A model generated the notes under the pieces. That model did not search any database. It was not told the DNA's origin and worked only from the letters and a program-made list of their open reading frames with translations. Shown here piece after piece: positions 1 through 13,356 of a stretch of 64,000 nucleotides of DNA. Position numbers and translations under genes: made by a program. Each line of letters opens with the position of its first letter. The stretch's first letter is position 1. This stretch comes from Callorhinchus milii. Taxonomy: Eukaryota. Location: contig NW_024704743.1 in assembly GCF_018977255.1 (NCBI RefSeq), positions 69,132,001 to 69,196,000 of the forward strand. Direction: 5' to 3'.

Positions 1-884
1 TTGATGAAGCACTGTTTGAAAATACTCCTTCACAAACTGCTGTCATTGGACATCGAAAGCAAGATATAAAACTGGCTTCATTTGCTGAATGACCTGCTCT
101 GTTCCTATGATGCTAACTGGCTATGACATCCAAGGTCAAGAATATTGAGTTTTACAACAAAATATGAAGAAGATAAAAAAAAATTAATTGACCAGTGACA
201 GAGAGTAACACATAGCCCTAAATATGACATTGATGTGAAGTAATTGGGAAATACCCTAATGGTTAAATTACTGTGCACTTTGATGCTAGCTGTCCCATTT
301 CAGTTACTGTTTGTATCAGTTAAAACTTGTATTACTATGTTTAACGCTCTGTTTGTTCACCAGCTGTTATTTTGTCTGCTTATAGTTGTTATGTTGTGTT
401 TCCACATAGTCTGTTGATAACTGCATTTGTGCTTTTGCCTAACACTGCATTACACACTAGAATAGTCATGTCACCAACCATCTCCGATCTTGACTTTGCC
501 AATGTCATCAGGATAATAAAACACATTTTTGTTGGTCAAGATGTCTTTACATATTTTATTTATAAGGATTGTTCGGCGAAATTAATTCAGATCATATCAG
601 CAAAATAGCAAAGAATGTCACTGAAGATGATATTTATTTCCCCAAAGTATTAATTTGATCTGAGTCTCCATCCTTCCAGTACATCTTTGACTCTTTCGTC
701 AGCTCTTTATGATAACTTGATCTTTACACTAAAACTGTCAGGCTTCCATGATACAGACAGTCTGATATTTTTCATTCCTCGCACCTACTCTATTCCTCTC
801 TAAACAGCTAGTCTTTCATTTTTGTCATGCCAATTTCAAAACTGGCTTAACCCTGCTGACCAGTGTATGGTTATCATTGTATTC

Positions 885-1205
885 GAATCCTGTAGCTCAG
901 TGGTTAGAGTACTTGCTTTGCAAGCAAGAGACCTGAGTTCAATTCCCGGCAGGATGAAACCTTGGACAAGTTTCCTTACTCCACACGCCTGATAATAATT
1001 CCTCAAGAAAAAAAGACAATAATAAATTGGTCACTTCAGTCCACGACTGTTTGTGGGACACTGCTGTGCGCAATTGGCTGCCGCATTTCGCCCACAAATA
1101 TACAGTCAATTCACTTTACAGTCTATTCTGTGAAGCTCTTTGAGAAGTCTAGAAGACTTGAAAAGCGCTATATCAAATGCAAGGATTATTATTATTATTA
1201 TTATT
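885..1205 (+). mobile_element. Full-length tRNA-derived SINE (short form): tRNA-Ala-like head, Deu-like core, L2-like tail, (TTA)n
   Basis: A box TAGCTCAGTGG, B box GAGTTCAATTCC, core CTGTTTGTGGGACACTGCTGTGCGCAATTGGCTGCCGC, tail TATCAAATGCAAGGATTATTATT. Similar copies at 48758, 50534 and 55963. Confidence 0.92.
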
Positions 1206-1405
1206 CCACAAGGCTGAATAAGAACCCACCAATGTTTTTTTTCCCCTATTTACTCTTTGAAGATGATCTTACATTAAACACAAAAATCAAGAGATACCAC
1301 CTATCTTACCCTAGTGAATGTTTCTTGAATCTTTATTCAAAATAGGAATCACACATATTTGCTTTTAGTCTTTTGAATCCTCCCCAGTGGTATTTGACTA
1401 CCTCG

Positions 1406-1621
<216 letters not shown>

Positions 1622-2310
1622 AGTGCTTCACAAATCTCCTTCCTTTCTAAGTAACCTGGGGTGCAGTTCATCCACCCTGGTGATTTCTTTTGGTTTTAAA
1701 CTCCATGAGCCTATGTAGAACATCAGCATCATATTCCCCTTCAAGAGGGAACTAGACAGCTACTGTTCTTTTAAAGAGGCAGCTGGAGTAGTATAGGGGA
1801 ATGGGAAATGGGCAGTTATGTGGAACTGAAAGCGTTGCTCTTGATATGATGGGCCGAATGGTCTTCTACTGTGCATTGGATTTCGATGGTTCCTCTGTAT
1901 CAATACTACAGTTTACGGAGCAGTTTCAATTGCTACAACATGACAACCTCATACAGCATCAGCAAATTTAGAATAACTGTTAAATTCATTAACTTTCTTT
2001 CCATTCTGTCATGCTTCAAATTGCTAAAAATTAATATATTGCCATCACTGTGAAGTACACTGCCAATCATACAAATAAATGTTTTACATTTATCTTCTGA
2101 AACATAGCCGGTGAAGGTTCAATGGAATACACCAAAATGTAATTGTACTGTCATTATTATGCTGAATGTGCTTCGCATGACAGAATGGAAATAGTCTGGG
2201 ACAATTATCAGTGATACTTTAAACCATAAAACAGTATTATGGAATACTGTTGCACACAGGCACAATGAATGGGATCCACAGGACAACTACATTTTCACTA
2301 TAGTGAAGTG

Positions 2311-2700
2311 CTCCACTGCCTCCCCATTCGCCAGCAGATCGAGTTCAAGATCCCTTTAAGTCCCTCCGTAGATTTATCCCACCATACCTGTGCCGCACTC
2401 TCAAAGCTTACAATACCACCCGCTCCTTTTGCTCCACAGGCACCGGACTGCTTCATGTCACTACTCACCATCGGCGGTTGGGCCTTCAGCTTATCTGCTC
2501 CACTTTCTGTAGCTCCGTCCCAGAGACCCTTCGATTTACCCTTTCCCTTTCCTTCTTTAAGATCTGTCTCTCTCTTGATCTTTGATAGTGTCTTCTGCCA
2601 TCTTCCCCATCCCCTCAGCCCCATCCCCTTCAGCCTCCATCCTCAGCTCTGGTGCAAACTCTCAACTGTTTATGGTCTTGGAACGACCCACTGTGATTCC
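2311..2700 (+). mobile_element. Degenerate L2 LINE 3' fragment
   Basis: Translates LHCLPIRQQIEFKI...TIGGWAFS, matching the ORF2 C-terminus of the better L2 copy at 32157. Confidence 0.75.
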
Positions 2701-3984
2701 ATCTCCAATAATACGAATCATCTAACTGTATAAACAATATCCAAATAACAGCTGGCATTGATTTTATTATACTACCGATTTTCATGGAATCATAGAATTC
2801 TGCAGCATAATTGTTCAACTAAGCACAATTGTTTTTTGGTTGTAATTTTGATCACAGGATCACAACATTGATCTGGATGAAACAATGATATCTTTCCAAC
2901 TCTAAACCCATGCCTTCTTGTTCTACTATCTTAATACATATTAAATTATTGATCTGGGTTTACTCTGTTCAATCCCATTTAAAATGGGGTTCACTATGAG
3001 GTCCCTCTGAGTCATCTTCTTTCAAGACTGAAGATCCCTAGCTTGTCTAATCATTGCTCAAGCTTACCGCAAAAGTGGTGAGGCTCAAATCAGGCCATCA
3101 TTGCAGGAACAAGCTCAAAATTGTTCCTCTTCAAAAAAATAATGTGGAATGCTGGCTCTCAGATATAGGGCAGCCCCATTGGAATGTGATCCGGTTTAGC
3201 ATGGGTTCACTTATAGGAACTTGTGCTATACTGGAAGGGCAATATAATTTTTTAGTCAGCTTCCTATAGGTCATGCACAGGAAGATCCACTAATATTATA
3301 TTGTGAAGAAGAAAATGTCAGCAAAGCTTTATGTGCACACTTGTAATGTGCAGGAATTACACCAGCGGGGACCTGACAATGTTAATTGGCGGCCATTTAC
3401 AAATGCACTTTGTTGCAACGTAGAATCTGAGGATATGGACTCTAACCACTGTGTTAAAACATACTGCGTTACACTATATCCTGTGAAGCTCTTTGGGACG
3501 TCCCCCAACATGAAACGTGCTATGCAAAATGTAAGGATATTATTAATAAAAAAACAGGGTTGTCCTGTCATTCTAAAAAGTGATGTTCACAGATTTTGTT
3601 TAAAAAAATATATACCAACACATATTCATTTTGCCATAGTGTTATTGTCATCTATCCCAACAATGTGATCCAAGTTTAATCACCACCATTTCATAAACTT
3701 TGCTAAGATAAGATGAACAATTATGTGAGTTTGGTTAAAATGCTATATGTATGCTGTGTTTGTACTGCGTGTTTGCAAAACACTATGATTTTGGCAGCAA
3801 TTCTGTGTCAGGCATGCAGTAAAATTGGAGCCTCAGAGAGGATAATCACGGTAATACCTGGCTCTTGACATCACCAGGTGGAGGTGCTATCAGGAGTGGT
3901 ACAATTTGCCCTGCGCAGTATAAACGTGGCAGGTGTGAATCACACTGGGATCTCTCTCCTTTGGGCACTGAAAGCTTGTTTTGA

Positions 3985-4400
3985 ACAACTTACATTTTTA
4001 TAGCACCTTTCACATTGGGAGGATGTCCCAAGGTGCTGGATAGTAGAGCATCTGCACTAGAGCTGATGGTTAGGATCCAGAGGCATGGATGATAGGGGTA
4101 GGGGGTGACTGAAGGCATGGTCAAAGAGGAGTGTCTTGACATGGGTCTTGTGCAGCTTGTAGAGGGAAGACCGACAAGCAGGAAGTCAGCATAATCGAGC
4201 TGGGATGTGATGAATGCGTAGATCAGGACCTCAGTGGCCTGAAGGAAGAGGCAGTGGCGGAGGCGGGTGATATTGCAGAGGTGGTGGAAGACAGAATGGG
4301 TGGCATAGGCCATGAATACTGGAGGGCATTTGGCATAGGTTGGCAAGAGCCAAGATTTAGGGACCCAAGAGTGAATATGCATGAGAGTACTGGGGACCTG
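3985..4400 (-). mobile_element. Degenerate, internally deleted L2 LINE 3' fragment
   Basis: FHHLCNITRLRHCL...YAFITSQLDYADFLLVGLP peptide plus the L2 tail (DVKGA-like) at about 3990-4035. Confidence 0.8.
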
Positions 4401-4524
4401 CCTGGCTCAGGACCCAGACTACTGAGACTGTCACAGAGGATTGACGATTCCACATTCGACTGCCATACACATCATCTTGGAACCAGCTTAGTTTCAAGAA
4501 GACCCCAATTTACTTCCTCCTCAA

Positions 4525-5070
4525 GGAATATCATTGACAGTGGGAAGTCATATGGTATAGTGTACCTAGACTTACAAAAGGCATTTGACAAAGTGTCACA
4601 TGAAAGACTCCTTTGCCAACTGATGTCATTAAGAATCAAAGATAAGACAGACATGAGTTTGAAATTGGCTGGAGGGAAGGAAGTAGAGAGAGTCTGCTTC
4701 CCTTGTGTGCATTAACCATGTGGCTTTGAGGTACCCAATGTAAGGTTTGCAGATGACACCAAACAGCAGGGAAATGTGGAATCAGAAGAGACAGCAAAGA
4801 GAGCTTGAGAGGGTTTGTACATGGGCTGATAACTGAAAAACTAAGTTCAATACAAATAAATACAGAGCTGAGCACAGTCTGCCTCACTCAAAGTCTGAGG
4901 CAACAATAAGCAAGGCAAACAGGATGCTTGGCTATATTGCAAAATTAGTTGAGTTCAGAAAATGTGGGATTATACAGCGCACATTTAAAGAACAAGTTGA
5001 TGCTATGATGCGGGTTATAGTGGGGTAGATATTCTTGAGGAATAACATCAAATGGACCAAAAAGCCCCTT
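4525..5070 (+). mobile_element. Highly degenerate CR1 LINE RT fragment
   Basis: IVYLDLQKAFDKVSHERLL motif and tttgcagatgacaccaaa (FADDTK). Confidence 0.8.
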
Positions 5071-5894
5071 TCAAGATCTCACACCTCTTCCTGGTCACCT
5101 GTTTCAGTCATTAACTTTCCACTGGGTAAAAAAAACTTCCTAACGTCTGAGAAATGCTCCGAAACATCATCCTATGTGAATGGAGTTATATAAATGCAAG
5201 TTATTGCTATTTATCTATTGCTATTATTATTATTTATCTGAACTGATCTTGTACTTGCCTTAAAACCCACCTCTTGGACCGTAACAATTTTCAGCTCCCC
5301 CTTCTTCCCTCACTCTCGCTCTGGATCTGAGTCCATCATTGTGAAGCTCTCTGACTGCTATTGTATATGAAGGGCACTGTATAAATGCAAATTTCTGTGG
5401 TTGTGGTCTCTGAACCAGACTGAGATTTTTATTGAAAAAAGGAGCCTTGGGAAAGAGGGTATATCGTCAGAAAACAAGATTGGACTTCACTTTGTCTAGA
5501 GAAAGCTAAGTTTCTTGATAATTTTTCTTTGCCTGATGAATAATTTTACTGGACACTGAAAGCAGCAAGTTGCATCAACTGTAAAGTTACTGCTTGCTGA
5601 GTCTGTGCATTTGTGAAGCAAATCTAGGTTATTTATTTAAAGTGCTTTCCTCCCTTCTAGCCATCATAAAAAGTGACTTAAATAGTCGCATGTAGATTGT
5701 TTTAGCAGCAAATTGTAATTAAAGCTAAAAATAAATTCTCAAAGGTATTAAAATTGGCTCACAACTATCACAATATTTATAACACAGTTATGACATGTGG
5801 ATGCATCACTTTGGTCTATTTTAGCCACAGATGAGCTGTGCATTGAAAGACTACTGCTATCCATCTATTAACAGCATATGAAGAAAAGGAGAAG

Positions 5895-6070
<176 letters not shown>

Positions 6071-6965
6071 GAAAACTTGACAGGTAAATACTGTCAAGTG
6101 CAGTGGCTGTTTTTATTGGCAAAAGCGGTAGCCATTTGTGACAGCAGGGACCCACAGACAGCCAGGGGGAGAATGAAGGGCCAATTAACCTGGCGTGTTG
6201 TTAACCAAAAATACTAGACGAAGATTGGGAGAAGCTTATTTTTCTTTTTAAATATAGTCAAACCTGTTCAAGGAACCACCTCCATACAACAACTGTTAAC
6301 AACCACCCTGGAACAGTCCCTTCAGTGTGCCTTCACATGCCAACAAACCCTTACTCAGGAGCTATCCTTATATACAGGCCTGAGAGGTTGTTGAAGACAG
6401 TTTTGACTGTATCAGGTTCGGACCTTTAAAATCCACCTGAAAAGAGGAACTGCAATACATCAATCTAAACTACAAGCTCATGTCCCATGAATTCACAACT
6501 TTCAGATCCAGAGGCAACTGTGCTACCAACCGAGCCAAGCTGCCACTTTTATGTTTTGCATATAAACAAACCAAAATGTTTCCGTGGAGCATGTTTTACA
6601 CCCACTCCTACATCACAAGTCTAAACTGCCCTAAACTGCAAAGAATTAGTTGTCTATTTCACTGAAAGACAATCAAGAAGTGGGTGGAAACCTTACTTTA
6701 GGATATGTTAAAAAAGGAAAACAAATGCAGCACATAGAAGACTTACAAAGAGCTCAATTTTATTAAAATGAAGGAATATTGTTAATGTTTATAAGTAACA
6801 TAATTTACATGGAGGATCGCTATCGAACTGGTTTATCAAATGTGTTACAAGTATTTTGGAAAAACAGAATAAATTAATTAAAAAAAAATAAAAATGCATA
6901 CTATTTGTGAATGTTTGAGATCGACTTCAAAGATACACCTTTATCTATTGCTGTGATGAAAATCA

Positions 6966-7110
6966 CATCAACAACAACAACAAAATTACATTTATAGAGC
7001 ACCTTTCACGTCGGGAGGACGTCCCAAAGCGCTGAACAATCAAGTGTTGGGGCCTGAGCATGGGGGAGGGGTGGTGTAGGAAGGCAGAGCGGTGGGAGGG
7101 AGACCAAAGT
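6966..7110 (-). mobile_element. Short L2 3' end about 50 nt inside the intron after the 322-nt exon
   Basis: (CAA)n followed by ...cacctttcacgtcgggaggacgtcccaaagcgctg, the L2 tail. Confidence 0.85.
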
Positions 7111-7161
7111 GCCAAATGTTTATTAATGGCAAGCAAGTAAAAACTGAAAACAAACACCTAC

Positions 7162-7483
7162 CTACAAGATACATTCCAATCCAGTCTCCTGCATCTACCT
7201 CCTCCTTGATATCCCAGCAAATGATGAGGTCGTGTGACTGGCCGACATTGTAGCGGGAGCTGCTGACAGTCAGTGTTGACCGGCTGTCTGAATTCACCAG
7301 GTTTGTATCACTGTTCGCCCTCGGGATGGTAATCTCACTCAGACCATTCCTCAAGTCCATGTTATGGAACTGCTCAGGGTTGTAGCTGTACCTGAGAGTA
7401 TCTTTACATCGACGCCGGGTCTGAGAGTTTCTGGAAGGTGATGCCATGGCTGCCAAACCCAGAAACCTATTCTGGTACAAATT
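7162..7483 (-). CDS. HECW1: HECW1/NEDL1 second coding exon (322 nt, phase 0 in, phase 1 out), start of the HECW N-terminal domain
   Basis: Acceptor TTATTTCAG|AATTTGTAC; donor GTAG|GTAGGT. Translation NLYQNRFLGLAAMASPSRNSQTRRRCKDTLRYSYNPEQFHNMDL...SDSRSTLTVSSS...WDIKEEVDAGDWIGMYLV closely matches HECW1; HECW2 lacks the NLYQNRFLGLAA extension. Confidence 0.97.
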
Positions 7484-8823
7484 CTGAAATAACACAAGTA
7501 GATTTCAGTGCAGGTCCCAAGTTGACATGTTTAACAATAACATTGTTGGTTTACAAATGCATGAATGATGATAGCATGATCATCTATACTTTCATCAAAA
7601 CACTTTATTTAAAAAATTGAACTTTTTTTAAAACTCAAGCTTGGCATCACCTGAACACGTTTTCTTTATTTATGCTTTCAATTCTAATCTTTTTAAAGCT
7701 GTCGGTGTCCTGTGTATGGGTCTTAACCCTTCATCCAAGATTCTCAATGAAAAATAATTAAATATCCTCTCCAAAATCAGCACCCTCTTGTTTATTTTTC
7801 GCCCACAGAATTACAGTCAATTCACTTTAATGAATGTTCTGAGAAGCACTTTGAGACGTCTAAAAGACATGAAAAGCGCTATATCAAATGCAAGGATTAT
7901 TGTTATAGTACCCTCGCGCTCTCTCTGTTTAAGCAAGAAACTTCATTTTAAAATGTACAAGAATGCACAGGCCATAAAATAAATTAAAACAGCGAAGATG
8001 TTTTAGCTTTGTTTCCCTTTGAAAGCACTTATTAAAATTAAAAAATATATACCCTGTATGTTACGGTAAATAAATCTTTCAAACACTGTGTTTACAATAA
8101 AGGATGAAAGCAGATGTATCCCTAATCTTTTGCATTTTTAATAAAAACTCAGCCCTTGTTGGAAAGCAATTTGAAGTGTATTCACGAAGACCTTTCAACA
8201 TGCCCTACCACACGCTATTCCTTTGGGGTCTATTTATACTGATCGCTAAAAATAGCATGTGATCTCATAATATGAAGGCAGCAGAAAGATCAGAGACCCC
8301 ATTTGAGAGAAATTTACTTTACCATATAATTCACTGTGTGGTAAGAATGTGGTTATATTCAACATGATATTAACCAATGATCGTTATTACATCAAGGGGA
8401 TAAAATTCCACCTGGATTTAGATCTAGTCTATTTCCTAGCAATTTAGGTCAGTTTCAACTTTGAAGCCATTTTTACGTAGTTCCTACCAAAAACCAGCAA
8501 AATAATAAAATGAGTGTTTTTCACATCAGGAGGGCATCACAAAGCACTTCATAGGGCTTACTGTAAATTGTAGTGACCTTGTATTTTATAGGCAAACATG
8601 GCATTTATAGACAGAAAATTTATGCATAATAATGTCTCACAAACAGCCATGCAATGAATGATTCTATCGGGTGGCACCAGGAGAAACTCCCTCCTCATTT
8701 CGAACACTGCCTTTCTTTGTATTTCACTGTTCTTTCGGTACTGCTTGTAAACTGATATTGAGGTAAAATCTGCAGTCTTCTTTAAAGCATTCCTTAACGT
8801 ATTTAAGGAATACTTTAACGTTA

Positions 8824-8837
8824 CCAGTAGGTGGCAC
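8824..8837 (+). promoter_or_regulatory. Candidate CTCF core motif
   Basis: CCAGTAGGTGGCAC fits the CCASYAGRKGGCRS consensus at all 14 positions. Motif match only. Confidence 0.45.
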
Positions 8838-11800
8838 TCCTCTCTAAGTCTGTTACTCTCAGGGATATAGTGCTATCATTTTGTGTGACCCTGAGGTGAG
8901 TTAATCTTTTGGCCTAGAACAATGAGGATTTCAGTATTCCTACAACCCCTAGGAAAACAAAAGAATATTAAACAAATAAAAAAGCCCTAAACTTAAGCTC
9001 CTAAAATTTACAAAATACCAGAGCTCTCCTCCGCATCATATAACCATGGCAGTGCCGTCACCCTGGAAGAAATTTACCTGCACAGAGTCTCCTGCTGTTA
9101 ATATTCCCTAAAGCATTTCCTGAATAAGTTAAGGAATGCTTTATCAATTATTGTATATTTATAATGACTGAAATTCATTGTAAATATATAATATCGAATC
9201 TATTACAAACCCCAATATACTATTGGGCTGAAATTCCAGTTGAAAGGATGTGCAGGCAAACTACAGTTGTTCTGCTTTTATAAAATTATTTTCCTATTTT
9301 CCAGCATGTGGGGTCGCAAACTTGCATACTGCCAATTCACATAGGAACACATCATCTTCGTTCCGATAGATAATGCTGTGCCTGGAGCCATGCACAAAAA
9401 AACAATTAAAATCAGCCTTGATTGAACATCAATGTCAGTAAGAACTAGGCTGTTTGGGAAGTCCCTCTGCAAAGAGCTGCACAGCTCATTATATATCTTT
9501 GTTCACAAATCACCATTTCTGCAGGACTCTTAATTTTTAATGAGTAAAGTGGCCTTCGATACCCCCAGACATGTCAGGGAATCCTCTTAGGTGGTGGTTT
9601 GGCAACTCAGGTGATTTTGAATTAAATGGCCTTCAGTTAGCATTTGCTACCATCCATTATGCCAGGTTTAATCTGTTGTAAGGGAGTTGGCATAGATTGA
9701 GTCGTAAGAAAGCTCCAAGAAGTTTGAATGTTGGTGTTTTTCAAGAGGTCTCTACCACTGTTGCTGAGATGGTGAAAATCTCTTCTGTTTCTTTGAAAAT
9801 AGCGTGGATGTTAGAAGCAGGAATTATGAATGTTAGCACAGATGTGAGAAGCAAGACAGCGATAGAAACCCTACACCAGGGGCCAACTGCAGCAACCTCA
9901 GCAATGACTGAGCTGAGATCAGATAAGTTAGCAGAGACCATGATAAAGCACTATATCAACAACATGATAAGGCAAGGCGTATTATTATTATTATTATGAG
10001 TTTCAAGTCCCATAGTGGGGCTTGAACCAACAACCTTCTGACACATTGGTGACAGTGCTACTTATTGAGCCAGGCTGACACAAATGAAGAAAAAAAAGTT
10101 TCCCTTTAAACATTATCCCAAAATAGTAAAGTAATAACTCTAGTAAAATGAAAAGAAGAATAAATATTTGATCCAGGATTAGAGTAATTAGGCTAAGAGG
10201 AAAAAAACAAAAGTACTCCAGGAAAATAAGAAGAGGCATTATTTCTGAACATGGTTAAACTGACAATTAGCAGATGAATTACTTTAAAGTAGCGTAAGAA
10301 TTCTGTGGTGCATGTTTCAAGTTTTAAAACTACTATCAAATTGCTGTAATGTCTTACATTTGTCGTAAATATCATTACAAAATATTATAGCTTAAAAATC
10401 TTGAAGCCAAAAGGCTTATGTAAAGTAAACATAGAATCAAATGAAACCCTAAAAGCAATCAGTCTATACCCTGTTTAGCTGCCCAGATAATGGGGTCTAA
10501 AGGTCACCAATTTCAAACAGAGATCTTTATTCAAGAATATTGAAGTACAGTATATCAAACAGTATATCCTGGAAAATCTCTCTCATGAGATCTTTACAAT
10601 CAGACCCCTGGAGTTAGCATGGGATTACCAGATTACCTTAATTGTCTAAAAGAGTCACGTTTAGACCCCAATATTGCAGAAAGGAGCATAAAGTCTGCAA
10701 TGGTAAGATGGCCAACCCCAATACATTTTACACTCTCTGAAGCTCAGAGAGATGCAAGGTCGCAAGATAGCTGTGTCACAGGAATCTTTTGAGAAGCTAG
10801 GCTAGATAGTCCAATGGTCTACTCTTGCCTAGAACTGTTGCTATGTAAGGAAGGTCAGGGGCTTTCAAGCAGTTTCAAACTGTTTAAGAATCTATTACAA
10901 TCACCATATAGCTAGCAGAAGATCTAATAGAGGTTAAGAGCAACTTCTTCATGCAGAGGGTGGTGAGAATGTGGAAGTCACTGCTGGAAGCTGTGTTTGA
11001 AGCAAATAGAACCATGTATTTAAGAGAAAACATGATGATGATGATGATGATGATGAGGGAGAAGGGAATAGAGAGCTATATGAGAGAGGAATAGGAGAGG
11101 TGAACGCTCTCATGATGGAGCATAAACACTGGCACGTGTGAAGGAGATGCACTCTAGTGAAGGAAATGCATTAGTTTGTAGTTGTCCTGATGAAGCCAAA
11201 ATTTTCTTGAAATATTCGTGCTCATACACAGAATTTGGCGGATTACAAAAGTCTTTCAAAGATGAAAATATTTTATCAAGATTCCAATGAAGATTCCAAT
11301 GATTCCAATCAAGATTCATCATTTCTAAATATAAATGCTTTAAAATCAGCCAGATATTTGTGAAGTGGATATAATCATGTAAACGAAATGGCTAATTTTA
11401 CACTGAATGTAAACCTTGTCATGGTTACCCATCAAATCCAATGGTACACTTTGGAAAGAAAAATTGCTGTGGTTTACAATAACATTAAAGAATAGAATAA
11501 GCAAGATTGTATTTCCTTTCGCCAGAGTCAAGCTGAGTCCTGGAAGGGGTGTTTTTCTATTTTGAGGAACTAGAGATTACAGTAAATTATCATATTAATG
11601 GCATTTTGATTAATCAATCTGGTAAGGAAACCTTAGAAATGTATGAGGTCTCAATGATAATTAGAAAAAAAACAGCTATATTTGTCTGAAGTATGTGTGT
11701 GGGGGGAGATCTGTTTCTAGTTCACTTTACGAGCAATAGCTGCAGTCTAATGGAAAGAGTCATAATATATTTAACGATCGAAGTGGTACTTCTGAACAAA

Positions 11801-12474
11801 GTTGAGTGTAAAGGCAGGAAGGGTTCCTTCATAAAAAAAGGTCTTACAATTGTGGTTCCAGAATGGTTCACCGTTTCACTAACCTTAGCACGAGTTTGAA
11901 ACGCATGCAAATAAAAAAGCTTTCCACCTGGTAACAAAGCGCTGCACGCAAAAAAGAAATAAAAAGCCAATTTTTCCGATTTCTTTTTAGGTCTTGTAAA
12001 ATGCCAGCTTCGAAATTAGAACTCAATTTATGATCGTTTCCCAAAATTTTACATGAATCTTAAATTTTAAGACAACATTCTTAAGCCTAAAAAGATGAAC
12101 AATTTTAGAGTCGGTTGCACTTTGAGATGTCTTGAAGGCGCTATATCAAATGCAACGATTATTATTATTTTATTATTATTATTATTTATGAACTTGTGTC
12201 TGGAAATTACTGGATAGAAATTCTACCTGGATCAGCACTTCAGGCCATCCAAAATTTGTTAAATTCTTTAAAAAATCTTTACTTTTGTAGCAGTTTTTTT
12301 GAAAGTTCTTTTAAGAACTACAGAAAATGGGCTAAGTTAAAACTGAATGCAACAATTTGCCAAATTCTGAAACGCTCTGAAAAATGTTTTTCAAGCGTTC
12401 TGGGATTCTACCCTGTGTGAGGGGCACTATATAAATGAGAGTTACTGTTGTTTTGGATGATCCAAGGAGCTGTT

Positions 12475-12790
12475 CTGGAACCTTGGCATCTTGTTTGACC
12501 CTCAACTATCCTTTCTACCCAACATCTGTGCTATGACCCGCTCCACCTTACCCCATCTGCGCAACATCGCCCGGCTCCACCACTGTCTCACATCACAGGT
12601 CGCTGAAACTCTCATACACATATTCATTACGTCGAGGCTTGTCTATGTAAACTCCTTGCTTGTCGGCCTCCCCAACTCCTCCCTCCATAGGTTGCAGATC
12701 ATCCAGAAATCTGCAGCCCATGTCTTTTCCTGCACCAAGCCCCGTGACCCTATCACCCCCATCCTCACCCGACTCCACTGGCTTCCATTC
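12475..12790 (+). mobile_element. L2 LINE fragment, 5' part of an interrupted copy
   Basis: FDPQLSFLPNICAMTRS...HLRNIARL...FITSRL...DPITPILTRLHWLP; breaks at HWLP. Confidence 0.9.
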
Positions 12791-13339
12791 ACAACAACAA
12801 CAACAAGATTACATTGTATAGCACCTTTGACGTCAGAGTACAGCATTTCTAACTCGAGCTGGGGTCAGGGAGGGAGAGAGGAGGAGAAGGGAGATGACTG
12901 ATGGCATGGTCGAAGAGGAGGGTTTTGAGGCGAGACTTCAAGGAGGCTAAGGAGGGGGCAAGGCAGAGTGATTGGGAGATGGAGTTCCAGAGGTTGGGGG
13001 CAGAGTGGCTGAGGCTCTCCCGCCAATGGTGGGGCAGGCAGGTTGGGGGACGTGGAGCAGGCCAGAGCCGGCTGAGCGGAGGGAACGGGCGGGTTGGTAG
13101 GGGGTTAGGAGATCGAAGAGGTAGGATGGGGCGAGGCCATGGAAGGCTTTGTAGGTGAGGACCAGGATCTTGAATTGGATCCTCTGAAGGATAGGGAGCC
13201 AGTGAGGTCGGGCGAGAATGGGGGAGATGGGGTCACGGAGTTTAGTGCGGGAGAGGACATGGGCTGCAGAGTTCTGGATTATCTGCAGCCAGTGGAGGGA
13301 GGAGTTGGGAAGGCCGACAAGCAGGGCATTTGCAGAGTC
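12791..13339 (-). mobile_element. L2 LINE 3' fragment inserted in opposite orientation into another L2
   Basis: (CAA)n tail at 12791; peptide LLVGLPNSSLHWLQIIQNSAAHVLSRTKLRDPISPILARPHWLPILQRIQFKILVLTYKA. Confidence 0.92.
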
Positions 13340-13356
13340 ATACATTCACACAAGGC

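Noticed and set aside
2735..2770. KINASCYLD on the minus strand, resembling KIDASSYF of the next HECW1 exon
   Set aside because: An in-frame stop lies just upstream and there is no ENFLDYKNRG-like sequence. The next exon was not found and probably lies beyond position 1.
7040..7495. 151-aa ORF as a standalone gene
   Set aside because: Only 7162-7483 is HECW1-like and bounded by splice sites; the ends run into intron and an L2 tail.
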